Source: Candidatus Latescibacterota bacterium
GTDB taxonomy: Bacteria > Latescibacterota > UBA2968 > GCA-2709665
Length of the DNA: 64,000 nucleotides
Assembly (NCBI GenBank): GCA_965116875.1
Contig: OZ220733.1
Coordinates: 4,288,001 to 4,352,000 of the forward strand
Reading direction: 5' to 3'
Shown: positions 18,716 to 28,609 of the stretch, piece after piece
How positions within the stretch are numbered: position 1 is the stretch's first letter
Layout of the letters: every line of letters begins with the position of its first letter
Program-made: the position numbers and the translations under genes
Notes under the pieces: model-generated
Told to the model about the DNA's origin: nothing
What the model saw: only the letters and a program-made list of their open reading frames with translations
Databases searched by the model: none

Positions 18716-19942
18716 ATGGCGACCATCAATTCCAACTACAACAAACTCTCTGCCGGCTATCTGTTCCCGGAAATCGCGAGGCGGACCGGGGCATATCTGG
18801 ACGAACATCCCGGCGTCGAGGTGATGCGCCTCGGCATCGGAAACACCACCGAGCCGCTGCCTCCAAGCGTGATTTCCGGGTTGCATCAGGCCGTCGACAG
18901 ACTCGCGGCCGTCGAAACCTATACCGGATACGCGGACGGGAGCGAAGGCGAACTGCCTCTCAGAGAGGCGATCGCCGGTCGATACGCGGCGCGCGGCGTC
19001 GCTCTGGACCCGGACGAGATTTTCGTGAGCGACGGTGGGAAGCCCGATTCCGCGAATATTCAGTCCATTTTCGGCCTGGACAACGTGGTGGCGGTGCAGG
19101 ATCCGGCCTATCCCGTCTACGTGGACAGCAACGTGATCGCCGGACGGACGGGGAAGGCGGAGGCGGGTCAGTACGAGGGCATCGTATACATGCCCTGTAC
19201 CGAGGAGAACGGCTTCTTTCCCGAATTGCCGGCGGACAAGGTGGACCTGATCTACATCTGCAGCCCGAACAATCCCATCGGATCCGTTACAACCGCGAGC
19301 CAGCTTCAGACGTTTGTGGATTATGCCCGGGAACACCGGGCGGTGATCATCTTTGACGCGGCGTACTGCGCCTATATTTCGGATCCTGAGGTGCCCCACA
19401 GCATCTTTGAGGTCAACGGCGCGAGTTCCTGCGCGATCGAGATCAACAGCTTTTCCAAGGACACCGGCTTCACGGGCGTGCGGCTGGGCTGGACGGTTGT
19501 CCCGCGGGAACTCGCCGTGGAAGACTCCGGGCCCGGCGTTGTGCAGGGGCTCTGGCGCAGACGGCAGAATACGATGTTCAACGGCGCCTCCAATATTGTG
19601 CAGGGCGGCGGGCTGGCGGCGTTTACGGAGTCGGGAAAGGCGGAGTGCGCCGCGATGGTCGCCTACTATATGGCCAACGCCGCACGCATCCGTTCGGGGC
19701 TGGAAGGGATGGGACTGACGGTCTACGGCGGGGTCCACGCGCCGTATCTCTGGATGAAGACGCCCGGAGGCATGGGTTCGTGGGAGTTCTTCGACAAGTT
19801 GCTCTCCGAAGCGCACGTCGTCGGGACGCCGGGGGCGGGATTCGGCCCCAGCGGCGAGGGTTTCTTCAGATTGAGCGCATTCGGACACCGTGAGGACATC
19901 GAGTCGGCCGTAGAGAGCATTGAGAGAAACCTGAGGCTGTAG
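18716..19942 (+). CDS. dapL: LL-diaminopimelate aminotransferase
   Basis: GYLFPEI, LGIG, FVSDG.K.D, DP.YPVY, CSPNNP.G, SFSK..GFTGVRLGW, TPG.GFG..GEG..RLSAFG. Confidence 0.93.
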   Translation: MATINSNYNKLSAGYLFPEIARRTGAYLDEHPGVEVMRLGIGNTTEPLPPSVISGLHQAVDRLAAVETYTGYADGSEGELPLREAIAGRYAARGVALDPDEIFVSDGGKPDSANIQSIFGLDNVVAVQDPAYPVYVDSNVIAGRTGKAEAGQYEGIVYMPCTEENGFFPELPADKVDLIYICSPNNPIGSVTTASQLQTFVDYAREHRAVIIFDAAYCAYISDPEVPHSIFEVNGASSCAIEINSFSKDTGFTGVRLGWTVVPRELAVEDSGPGVVQGLWRRRQNTMFNGASNIVQGGGLAAFTESGKAECAAMVAYYMANAARIRSGLEGMGLTVYGGVHAPYLWMKTPGGMGSWEFFDKLLSEAHVVGTPGAGFGPSGEGFFRLSAFGHREDIESAVESIERNLRL

Positions 19943-20063
19943 CCCGTTTCGATTTGAGAGACACAAACAATCGCCATTTTTCGCGCACTCTTCCGCACGG
20001 CAAACGCCTTGCGCGTGGAGCGCCAAACGCTGGCTGAATCGGTCACGCGCCGGAAGGATGGAA

Positions 20064-21020
20064 ATGAGACTGCGGGCCCTTGTTTTCTGGACATCAATGG
20101 TTGCGGCCGCACCGGGTGTCTCGGAGGAGAAGAAGACGCCGCCCAAACTCACGGTTGCCTTCCGCTTCAGCTCGGTTATCGGCCAGAAGGGCGGAGGGGC
20201 CGGGCACTTTCACGAACCGTCCGCAATCGCCCTCGACACGTTCGGCAATCTCTACGTGGCCGATACGGGCAACGACCGCATCCAGAAGTTCAATGCGGAC
20301 GGATCGTATATCTCCGAGGTGGGCACCTTCGGCTGGGACCCCGGCCAATTCAGCCAGCCGACGGGGGTGGCGGTGGGTCAGGGCGGGCTCGAGATATGTG
20401 TCGCGGACGGTAGAAACAACCGCATCCAGATCTTCAGCCCTCACTTCCGCCTGCTGGGTGTGGTCGGAGGGCGGGACGTCGACGGTCCGATTCGGATGGG
20501 GACGCTCGGCGGGATCGCGGTATCCGAAGACGGCGAGCTTTATGTATCGGATACCGATGCGGACCAGGTGGTACAGATCAGCGATTACAGCCCTGTGGAG
20601 AACCAGTTCGGGGGATATGAGTACGGCGCCGACCGGCTGCGGCGTCCTCTGGGACTCGCCGTCGGGCGGAAGAACGAAATCTACGTCTGTGACAGCGAGA
20701 ACGATCGCATTGCTGTTTTTGACAGGTACGGGAACTTCAGGAAAAGCCTGGCGGAAGAGTCCCTCTCGGAACCCGCCGGTGTGTGCACAGGACCTGAGGA
20801 CGTACTGTTTGTGGCGGATACCGGACATCATCGGATCGTGGTACTGGATCTTCGGACGGGGGAGGTGGCATCGCTGATCGGCGGGCCCGATGCCGGACGT
20901 CGGCCTGGCGCGTTCAGCGCGCCTGCAGACGTGGACTTCGGCGCCGGGAAGTTCCTCTTTGTTCTGGACGGCGGCAATCATCGTATCCAGAAGTTCGAAA
21001 TGCTGATCAGCAGAAGGTAG
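20064..21020 (+). CDS. Secreted NHL-repeat beta-propeller protein
   Basis: Repeated F..P..IA.D..G.LYVADTGN.RIQKF units; signal peptide. Confidence 0.88.
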   Translation: MRLRALVFWTSMVAAAPGVSEEKKTPPKLTVAFRFSSVIGQKGGGAGHFHEPSAIALDTFGNLYVADTGNDRIQKFNADGSYISEVGTFGWDPGQFSQPTGVAVGQGGLEICVADGRNNRIQIFSPHFRLLGVVGGRDVDGPIRMGTLGGIAVSEDGELYVSDTDADQVVQISDYSPVENQFGGYEYGADRLRRPLGLAVGRKNEIYVCDSENDRIAVFDRYGNFRKSLAEESLSEPAGVCTGPEDVLFVADTGHHRIVVLDLRTGEVASLIGGPDAGRRPGAFSAPADVDFGAGKFLFVLDGGNHRIQKFEMLISRR

Positions 21021-21160
21021 GATGTGCAGTCCGAACGTCCCATTCAGGATTCGGGAGTCATCAGGAGGGGCCGTGGTTCTTGAAGACTGGCAGCCCGGAT
21101 GGGTTTTTTCGGCGGGCCGCCGGGGTCGGAACCGGGTTTTTGCGATTCCCGGCCTTTTTT
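21014..21160 (+). ncRNA. Candidate structured RNA (rod-like, loosely 6S-like)
   Basis: Nested pairings CGGG/CCCG, AGTC/GACT, TCAGGA/TCTTGA, TCCGA/TCGGA, AAGG/CCTT, then a T7 tract. Confidence 0.25.
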
Positions 21161-21161
21161 T

Positions 21162-24100
21162 ATGCTCAAGCGCTATCCCATATGGCTGGTCTTCATTGTC
21201 TGCACCGGCCTGTTCACCACGGCAGGCGCGGCGCCGCCGCCTGAACGGTTGACCGTTTTCGACGTGGAACGGACCATTCGGGCGGATGGCGGCCGTGGAC
21301 CCTATCGTATTTCGGACCGGCCCATTCTGACGGACAGCGAACGGGTCCGGGTGGGGGACAGCCTGCTCGTGAGGGACCTGGACTACAACATGGACTATGC
21401 CGAAGGGTTGCTGCTGCTGGCGCGGGAGCGGCCGCGAGGCGTCGAGCTTCTGGTCCGTTTCCGGCAGTTGCCCCGGGTGCTGTCCCGGGTTTACAGGCGT
21501 CGTGAACAAGACGTTCAACGGGCGCCGGTACGGCCGGCCCCGGTCCGGCGCCGTCGGCTTCGCGCGTCCGCGAAAGCGCCGGAAGCGTACGGCGAGGCGC
21601 AGTCACAACTGGACGTGGGGGGCGTCAAACGCATTCAGGTCGCCGTTGGCGGAAACCGCGATCTCGAGCTCAGCCAGGCGCTGCGGGTGCATATTACAGG
21701 ACAGATGGCGGACGGCGTCGAAGTAACCGCGCTGCTGTCCGACCGGAACCTTCCGTTGGGGTTCGAGGGGAGCACCCGTAGTCTGCAGGAGCTGGATCGG
21801 GTGATGTTTCAGGTCCGTTCACGGAAGCTGTCGGCCTCACTCGGGGATCTGGAGGTTGCGTTTGACGGTACCACGTTCGGGAGGTATCGCCGCAGGCTCC
21901 ACGGCGCACGCGTCGCGTATTCGTCTTCCGGGAGAGATCTGAGGATATTCGGGGCAGCAGCTGACGGACGCTGGATCAGCCACCGCCTACTTCCCGTCGA
22001 AGGATATCAGGGCCCGTACCGGTTGCCCGGTGACGCCGGGGCGGCGGGCGGACGGATCGCTGCGGGTTCGGAACGGGTGTGGCAGGACGGACGCCTTTTG
22101 CGGCGCGGCGAAAGCCAGGATTACGTCGTGGATTATGAAATGTCCACCATCACGTTTACCCCGGTCACGCCGGTAACCGGACAGAGCCGCATTACCGTGG
22201 AATATCAGTTCGAGGCGCCCGGTTCCCGCCGGCGTCTGATGGGCGCGCGCGGTACGCTCGCGCTTTCCAATGACCGTCTGAAGCTGGGGGGCACGTACAT
22301 ACGGGAGGCCGACCGAAACGGCCCGGTTCCGGGTGTCGGCATTTCCGCGCCTCCGCTTCAGCCGGTTCGACAACAGCTGGCTGTGATGGACGCGGCGTAT
22401 GAACCGGTTGGGGGCGTGCGGTTCGACGGCGAACTGGCGCTGAGCCAGGCGCCCGCACAGGTGGACGGGCATCAGCAGCAGCGGGGCCGCGCTTTCAGGC
22501 TGGGACTGGACCTGTGGCCGGAGGCGCTGCGTCTGGGCGGAACCGGCATCGGGCGGTTTCGACTGACCGGCGCATTCAGACAGATCGGCGCGCAGTTCCG
22601 CGGGATCGAGAAGCCCGTGAGGGTAACGCGCGAGGGGCGGTGGGGCTGGGGGGCAGACGGTCCGCAGGCCGGAGACCGGATGGGCGAAGTCGCATTGCAG
22701 TACGCCCTGAGGCCCGGGATCCGGTTCGACGCCGGGTACGGCAGGCGCCACGGAGACGTGAACGCCGTCCGGCGCGACGTGGGGCTTCAGATTTCCAACG
22801 CGCGCGGGCCACAGGTGTTCTATCGATTCGACGAGGTGTCTCACGGGTCAGGGATGTTTTCCCGTCACCGGGGCCGCATCCGTGCGCCTGTGGGAGGGAT
22901 TACGCCGGGGTTTCGTTTCGAGTCGGAAACCGCGACGGGGTCGTCGGTTGCTCATTCAACGCTGTTCTATGCCACGGCGCCCGATTCCGCGCGTCGCGGG
23001 ATACGCATCCTGTCGGGGGCGATGGACCTCTCCACGCGCGTGATGGACGCGCTGGCATGGACTTCGGAGATTTCAATCCGCAGAATACACGTCGGGGAGC
23101 GCGCGTGGCAGGACAGCCTGCGGGCCTGGACGACGACACACCGCGCCTCGATGTCCGGCTGGCGCGGGCTGTCGTTTTCCGGGGAGTACAGCAGGAGCAG
23201 AGCGAATTCGCCGCTGCATCCGGAAAAAGGGCGAATTACGGACCTTGCCCGCATCAGGTGGGGGTACGACGTTCTGAACGGCGCCGTTTCACACAGATTC
23301 TCCTATCGGATTTCCAGTACCGGGGCGCCGGACGGTGAGCCGGTGTTTGTCGACGTCGGACGCGGTCGTGGCACGCATGAATGGGAGGACGCGGACGGCG
23401 ACGGGCTCCGGGATCCGGAGGAATTCGTGGCCGACACGGATGGCGAGTACGTGCGGTTCTTCAGTCCGTCCGCTGGGTTCCGTCCCGTGCGCGACGCGGC
23501 TCTTGCGGCCAGGACGGAACTGGTGTTGAAGCGGCTGTTGAAATCTCCCGCGGGCCGGTGGCTGCGACTTCTCTCAGGCCTGTCGCTCGACCTATCGCTG
23601 GAAGCCGACCGTCAGGCGCCGCCGGGCAGTGCCGGCGTGGCGCCCTGGAACCTGTACGGTTTCGGCTACGGGGAGGGGATGTTGAACGGCAGGCGCGAAC
23701 TGAGGTCGCGGCTCTACCTGTTCCGATACGGCCGTCCCGCCACGCTGCGTCTATCCGCCCGCCGGGGTTCCCGCGCGGACCGGGACTTCACCGGCGGCGC
23801 GCTGGAGACGAATTCGCAGGCGTCCGCGATGGGACGCTTCGCGCTTGGCAGGACGTCTTCCCTGGAGCTGGAACTGCACGGCGAGACGCGCGACCGGCCC
23901 GGTGACGGGCCTTTTTTCTACCGGATCCGATCTCGCCGGATTTCAGTGAACGGGTACCGGCACCCGCCCAGGTCGTGGCAGACCCGCGTGGAACTGTCTG
24001 TCGGCAGGGACCGGGAGGAGAACCGGGCGCTGGTGGCCCGCTTTGTGTCCGTCCGCCCGGGATTCCGCCGCGCCCTTCCCGGCCGGGGTCGGCTGAGGGT

Positions 24101-24317
24101 ATCATGTGACTGGACCCGTGTTCTCGGTTCGGGACCCATGCCGTTGTTTCTGAGAATGGCCGACGGAAACCGGGTGGGAAACAACGTGGGCTGGCGTCTG
24201 GGCGTGGACTATCGGCTGGGTCGGTATCTGACGGCCACGGCCCTGTACGACGGACGCAGGCGTCCCGGAAGATCCCTCCTGCATCTCGGGCGCATGGAAA
24301 TGCGGGCTCTTTTCTGA
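21162..24317 (+). CDS. Large (1051 aa) secreted/outer-membrane beta-barrel-like protein
   Basis: Signal peptide; amphipathic beta-strands; terminal MEMRALF; GSERV.....L.RG..QDY.VDY...ITF repeat; EF-hand-like DADGDGLRDPEE. Confidence 0.7.
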   Translation: MLKRYPIWLVFIVCTGLFTTAGAAPPPERLTVFDVERTIRADGGRGPYRISDRPILTDSERVRVGDSLLVRDLDYNMDYAEGLLLLARERPRGVELLVRFRQLPRVLSRVYRRREQDVQRAPVRPAPVRRRRLRASAKAPEAYGEAQSQLDVGGVKRIQVAVGGNRDLELSQALRVHITGQMADGVEVTALLSDRNLPLGFEGSTRSLQELDRVMFQVRSRKLSASLGDLEVAFDGTTFGRYRRRLHGARVAYSSSGRDLRIFGAAADGRWISHRLLPVEGYQGPYRLPGDAGAAGGRIAAGSERVWQDGRLLRRGESQDYVVDYEMSTITFTPVTPVTGQSRITVEYQFEAPGSRRRLMGARGTLALSNDRLKLGGTYIREADRNGPVPGVGISAPPLQPVRQQLAVMDAAYEPVGGVRFDGELALSQAPAQVDGHQQQRGRAFRLGLDLWPEALRLGGTGIGRFRLTGAFRQIGAQFRGIEKPVRVTREGRWGWGADGPQAGDRMGEVALQYALRPGIRFDAGYGRRHGDVNAVRRDVGLQISNARGPQVFYRFDEVSHGSGMFSRHRGRIRAPVGGITPGFRFESETATGSSVAHSTLFYATAPDSARRGIRILSGAMDLSTRVMDALAWTSEISIRRIHVGERAWQDSLRAWTTTHRASMSGWRGLSFSGEYSRSRANSPLHPEKGRITDLARIRWGYDVLNGAVSHRFSYRISSTGAPDGEPVFVDVGRGRGTHEWEDADGDGLRDPEEFVADTDGEYVRFFSPSAGFRPVRDAALAARTELVLKRLLKSPAGRWLRLLSGLSLDLSLEADRQAPPGSAGVAPWNLYGFGYGEGMLNGRRELRSRLYLFRYGRPATLRLSARRGSRADRDFTGGALETNSQASAMGRFALGRTSSLELELHGETRDRPGDGPFFYRIRSRRISVNGYRHPPRSWQTRVELSVGRDREENRALVARFVSVRPGFRRALPGRGRLRVSCDWTRVLGSGPMPLFLRMADGNRVGNNVGWRLGVDYRLGRYLTATALYDGRRRPGRSLLHLGRMEMRALF

Positions 24318-24327
24318 AAGGCGCGTT

Positions 24328-26046
24328 GTGTTTCGACATTTGCGTATCTGGCGCTACAGCCTCCTTATCACGCTTTTCGTGGGCGTGTGGGAAGACGTGT
24401 CCGCGGCAGGCCGCGTACTCGTACGGAAGGTGCACGTAGACGGGGCGCACCGGATTTCCGAGGACCGCATACGAGGCTGGCTGGTCACGCGGCCCGGCAT
24501 GCCTCTGGACAGCCTGCTGATTGAGAAGGATATGGCGCGAATTCTGAAAGGCTATTTGAACGAGGGTTACTGGCAGGTAGCGGTCGCGTTTCCGGAGGTG
24601 GAGCCGAACCGGGGGCGTGTGCGGTTTCGGATTGAGGAGGGCCGTCGGACCCTGATCGACAGGATCCGGATTACCGGAAATGTACATGCTGCGAAGGATT
24701 CGCTGAAGAACGAGATGTTTTCGCGCGGCGGGTCGCCGTTAATCCGGGAATCCCTGGAGATCGATATCGAAGCGCTTCTCAGATTCTATGAGAACCGCGG
24801 GTACCCCTATTGTTCGCTGGCGCCCGAGGTGCGCTTGTTGCCCGGCAGCCACGTCGCGCAGGTCAGGATCGCGGTGGACGAAGGTCCCTTTGTGCGGGTG
24901 GATACGATCCGCTTCACGGGCAACCGGATCACCCGAGTGGAGACGCTGCGCCGGGAAATGCGGATGGCGCAGGGCGGGCCCTACGACCGGCGACGGGTCG
25001 ACCGGGCGCTTCGTGCGCTCAGACGTCTTCCATTTCTGCTGGACGTGGATGACCCGTTGTTGATGACCGAACCCGACGGACGTACGGCGCTGGTCGTTTC
25101 CGTCCACGAGGCCCCGGCAGGCAGGGCCGAAGGCGTCGTCGGCGTTGTGCCCGCATCGCGTGACGGCGTTCAGGGGCTTACCGGATCGTTCGCGACCACG
25201 TTCGTGAATCTGCTCGGAACCGGGAGGCAGGCGGACGCCTCCTGGTCTCGCAGAGGGAACGGGGCGTCCGACCTGGACCTGCGATACCATGAGCCCTGGA
25301 TCCTGAAGCGGCCATTGGGCCTGGACGTGGGGCTTCTGATGCGGCAGCGGCCCGGATTCGCCGAAACCCGCATGGGCCTCGGCGTCAGTCTGTCCACGGC
25401 CGGCGGCGCCGCCGAGGTCCGGCTGGGCGCTTCCAGGGGCGGTGTCCGGCCGGATTCGAGCGGGGCGAACCGGTTTGCGAAGGGTCGTATAACCTCTCTG
25501 GACGGTGCGTTTGAGCTGGACGGCAGGAACGATCGATGGAATCCCACGTCGGGATCGTTGTATCGCGTGGGTCTGGTGTGGAGCCGCGTGACGCAGGCAG
25601 GCGGCGCAGGCCGGAGGTTGCGCGCAACCGCGGACTTGCATCGAATTCTTCCGCTGGGACGGCGGACCGCGGTGGCCGCCTCGCTGCATGGAGCGGGAGT
25701 GGCCGAAACGGGGGTCGGGCTTCCGGACGGGCCGTTGCGATTGGGAGGAGCCGCATCGATACGAGGCTATCGCGAGGAGGCGTTTCTGGTGAATCGGGCG
25801 TTCTGGATGAATCTGGAGTGGCGGGTCATTCTCGCGCGCCGGTCGAGGGCGTTTTTCTTTGTCGATGCCGGTGTTCTGGGAGATGGCGCCCGGGGTGAAA
25901 GGAATGGGCTGCTCTTCCCGCTTGGATTCGGACTGGGCATGCGAACCGCGTCCCGGGTTGGGACCATCGGACTCGAATACGGGATGGCGAGAACCGACAG
26001 TCCGGGTCGTGGAAAGGTTCACGTACGGATCGTGAACGACTTCTAA
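24328..26046 (+). CDS. BamA/TamA (Omp85) family protein with POTRA domains
   Basis: POTRA repeats (I.ITGN, FYENRGY, FTGNRITR..TLRRE), NLLGTG, LGG..SIRGY, FVDAG, terminal F. Confidence 0.85.
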   Translation: MFRHLRIWRYSLLITLFVGVWEDVSAAGRVLVRKVHVDGAHRISEDRIRGWLVTRPGMPLDSLLIEKDMARILKGYLNEGYWQVAVAFPEVEPNRGRVRFRIEEGRRTLIDRIRITGNVHAAKDSLKNEMFSRGGSPLIRESLEIDIEALLRFYENRGYPYCSLAPEVRLLPGSHVAQVRIAVDEGPFVRVDTIRFTGNRITRVETLRREMRMAQGGPYDRRRVDRALRALRRLPFLLDVDDPLLMTEPDGRTALVVSVHEAPAGRAEGVVGVVPASRDGVQGLTGSFATTFVNLLGTGRQADASWSRRGNGASDLDLRYHEPWILKRPLGLDVGLLMRQRPGFAETRMGLGVSLSTAGGAAEVRLGASRGGVRPDSSGANRFAKGRITSLDGAFELDGRNDRWNPTSGSLYRVGLVWSRVTQAGGAGRRLRATADLHRILPLGRRTAVAASLHGAGVAETGVGLPDGPLRLGGAASIRGYREEAFLVNRAFWMNLEWRVILARRSRAFFFVDAGVLGDGARGERNGLLFPLGFGLGMRTASRVGTIGLEYGMARTDSPGRGKVHVRIVNDF

Positions 26047-26073
26047 CGACCCGTCGACGTCTGCTCCACACGG

Positions 26074-26889
26074 TCAAAAGGGGAACAGGACGGGGATATT
26101 TTCAGGTGGGAGTGCGCCGCCGTATTCGCAGACCTGAAAGGCCTCGGCATACCGGACAGCGCGTCCGCGGCTTTCGCCGTACCGATTCACGAGAATGTCC
26201 CGATGGCGGTCGGCAACCGCGCTGAACTGCGCCAGCCGGTGTTCCAGCCATTTTCTGCGCTGGCGGGGCGATTTCGGCACTTCATCGAGTTTCCCGGCGT
26301 TAAAGGGCAACCACTCGTACATCTGCGACGTGTGACAGTGCAGCATGTCGAGCTTTTTATCCACGACCGCGTCGATGTCGATTGCGACCTCGGGCGCAAA
26401 CGGTGCGGGAAACCTGAAGTTGTCGCTCATGTACGCGATCACCGGATTGTACGCCAGCGCGGGAACGTCCGTACAGACGTTCGGGACGGTGACCATATAC
26501 GCGGCGTCCTGAACGAGGATGCCCGCGTACCGATGGTCCGGATGATAGTCGTTGGGACGATGGGTGAGGATGAGGTCCGGCGTGTAGGAACGGATCATGC
26601 GGATGACCTGCTTGCGGTTCTCCAGCGTGGGCTCCAGCTCTCCGTCGTGGACGTCCGTGACGTGGTATTCGATGCCGGCCATGGCGCCGGCGGCTTCGGC
26701 CTCGGCCCGGCGCCTGCGCGCGAGCGCGATGCCCCCCGTTTCGTGGTGGCCCGCGTCTCCGTTCGTAAGGGAGACGAACCGGACCTCGTGGCCCTGAGCC
26801 GCGTAGCGGATAGCCAGACCGCCGGCCTTGATGTCGCAGTCGTCCGGATGCGCCCCGAAAACGATAATTCTGAGAGGTCGATTCGCCAC
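26074..26889 (-). CDS. PIG-L/LmbE family deacetylase
   Basis: GAHPDD, TNGDAG, HPDH, H.SQ; GTG start. Confidence 0.9.
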   Translation of the reverse strand: MANRPLRIIVFGAHPDDCDIKAGGLAIRYAAQGHEVRFVSLTNGDAGHHETGGIALARRRRAEAEAAGAMAGIEYHVTDVHDGELEPTLENRKQVIRMIRSYTPDLILTHRPNDYHPDHRYAGILVQDAAYMVTVPNVCTDVPALAYNPVIAYMSDNFRFPAPFAPEVAIDIDAVVDKKLDMLHCHTSQMYEWLPFNAGKLDEVPKSPRQRRKWLEHRLAQFSAVADRHRDILVNRYGESRGRAVRYAEAFQVCEYGGALPPENIPVLFPF

Positions 26890-26896
26890 GGTGTGC

Positions 26897-28609
26897 TCAA
26901 TTCGGATTCGGGTGGTAGACGGCCTCGATCGATATGCCGGACCGACCTTCGGGTATGGACACGAAGCCGACGCGTTCACGGTAACGGACGTCCGTCTCCG
27001 GACGCACCTCTTCACCGTCCAGCCGGATTTCGCCAATCGATGCGCCGGCGAACTGCAGCGGGATCTGGATGCGTAGATCGGGGTGAGGCGAACCGCCCTG
27101 CAGGCTGAATCCAAGTCTCGAATCGTTCCATCGCAGGTCGGCGATGCGCCACCCATCGCGTGCGCTCCAGAAGGCCGCCCACTGGTCGAGGGACCAGATT
27201 GGCAGGCCTTTTTCGTTTGCCTTGCGTAGCAGTTCACGGCCCTGTTCCTCCGAAAACCTCACCCAGTTTCCCGGATGGATACAGACGCCGTAAGGCGTGT
27301 GGAACCGGGTCGTGATATCGGTGAAAATGCGCTCGAGCATCACCGAGAATACGGACGGCGACAGCTTGTACGAATAGTCCTGCGGGCCGAACCAGCCGTC
27401 GTCGATGAGGTGGGTGTGCTGCTGATAGACGTTGACGAGGCGTCCGTCCGGGTGGCAGAAGCGCATCGGAAGCGCAGCGCCGAAGGAGGCGTAGGGCGCG
27501 CTCTCCCGGTCTCTCATATAGGTCCCGGAAAAATAGTTCCCGTCCATCTGCACGCCCAGTTTCTCCATGACGTCCACCAAGTCCAGATAGCCGGCCCACG
27601 CGGTGCAGTGATTGCGCACGGTACGCGCGGGAATCTCGAACGTCTCCTCGAACAGGCGGACCTGGCGCTCGAATTCGGCGACGCGTTCCGGTACGGGGCG
27701 CCCGTCCAGCGGGCGAAGGTTCGGATGCGGTCCGACGTCGTGGCGTCTCGCGTATCCTGCCACGTCATCGGGCGTGGACTTCGTGTGGTTGGGGATGATA
27801 TACAGGCTCATGCGTCCCCCCGCGTCGGCGACGCCGTCGAACTCATCCTCGTTCGACGCCACGTCGGCGAAGTCTTCGTCGCCGGAGTAGAGCAGGATTC
27901 CCGGCGCGGTCCGGGGAAGATGGGACAGGACGGGAACCGGCGCAGGCATGAACTTGCGGGCGAGGTCTGTGAACAACCTCGAAAGCAGGTCTGCATGGGG
28001 GATCCATCCGGCATCGTAGGGACCCACGCGGGCGGCCATGTGGGTTGGTCGTGCGCAGCCGTCTCCGTCGGGAATGCGTTCCGCCAGGGCGGGATCGCCC
28101 TGGCGCAGCAAGAGAACGCAACGGGGCAGGTCAAAGGCGAAGGAGACGATTCGCCCGCCGCCGAGACGGGTTTCGGCTATGCCAACGGTTTCGCCGCCAT
28201 AGCGCCCCGGGTGAGACAGATAGCCCAGTGGTTTCGTGGTTTCTGAAAGTTCCCACGCGTGAACGGACCCCACGACCGGAACGAATTCGCCGGCCAGACC
28301 GCCGGTGGGATACGCCACGTTGCGCAGACGCAGCGGCGGTTCTTTCGTGCCCCGCACCTTCAGCCCGGCCGCACGAGCAAGCGCCCTTCCCGGGAGGAAG
28401 CAGAGAACCGTACCTCCCCGGCGGGCGTAGTCGGGCAGCGTGGCTTCATCATGGTACGCCGGACACACAAGCACGGGGAACTCGGCCGGTTCCAGACCGG
28501 GCACCATGTCGTTTGAGACGGGCGCGTAAAGCGGCAGACCCCATGTCTTGAGAATCTCGGCGATGTACGCCGAAAGCTTGGACCGGTCTGTCATGATGCC
28601 GATCTGCAT
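26897..28609 (-). CDS. Hypothetical protein with NodB/polysaccharide-deacetylase-like central domain
   Basis: SGDED, VGPHP, TVRNHC..W, CIHP motifs; ATG overlaps upstream TGA. Confidence 0.6.
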   Translation of the reverse strand: MQIGIMTDRSKLSAYIAEILKTWGLPLYAPVSNDMVPGLEPAEFPVLVCPAYHDEATLPDYARRGGTVLCFLPGRALARAAGLKVRGTKEPPLRLRNVAYPTGGLAGEFVPVVGSVHAWELSETTKPLGYLSHPGRYGGETVGIAETRLGGGRIVSFAFDLPRCVLLLRQGDPALAERIPDGDGCARPTHMAARVGPYDAGWIPHADLLSRLFTDLARKFMPAPVPVLSHLPRTAPGILLYSGDEDFADVASNEDEFDGVADAGGRMSLYIIPNHTKSTPDDVAGYARRHDVGPHPNLRPLDGRPVPERVAEFERQVRLFEETFEIPARTVRNHCTAWAGYLDLVDVMEKLGVQMDGNYFSGTYMRDRESAPYASFGAALPMRFCHPDGRLVNVYQQHTHLIDDGWFGPQDYSYKLSPSVFSVMLERIFTDITTRFHTPYGVCIHPGNWVRFSEEQGRELLRKANEKGLPIWSLDQWAAFWSARDGWRIADLRWNDSRLGFSLQGGSPHPDLRIQIPLQFAGASIGEIRLDGEEVRPETDVRYRERVGFVSIPEGRSGISIEAVYHPNPN

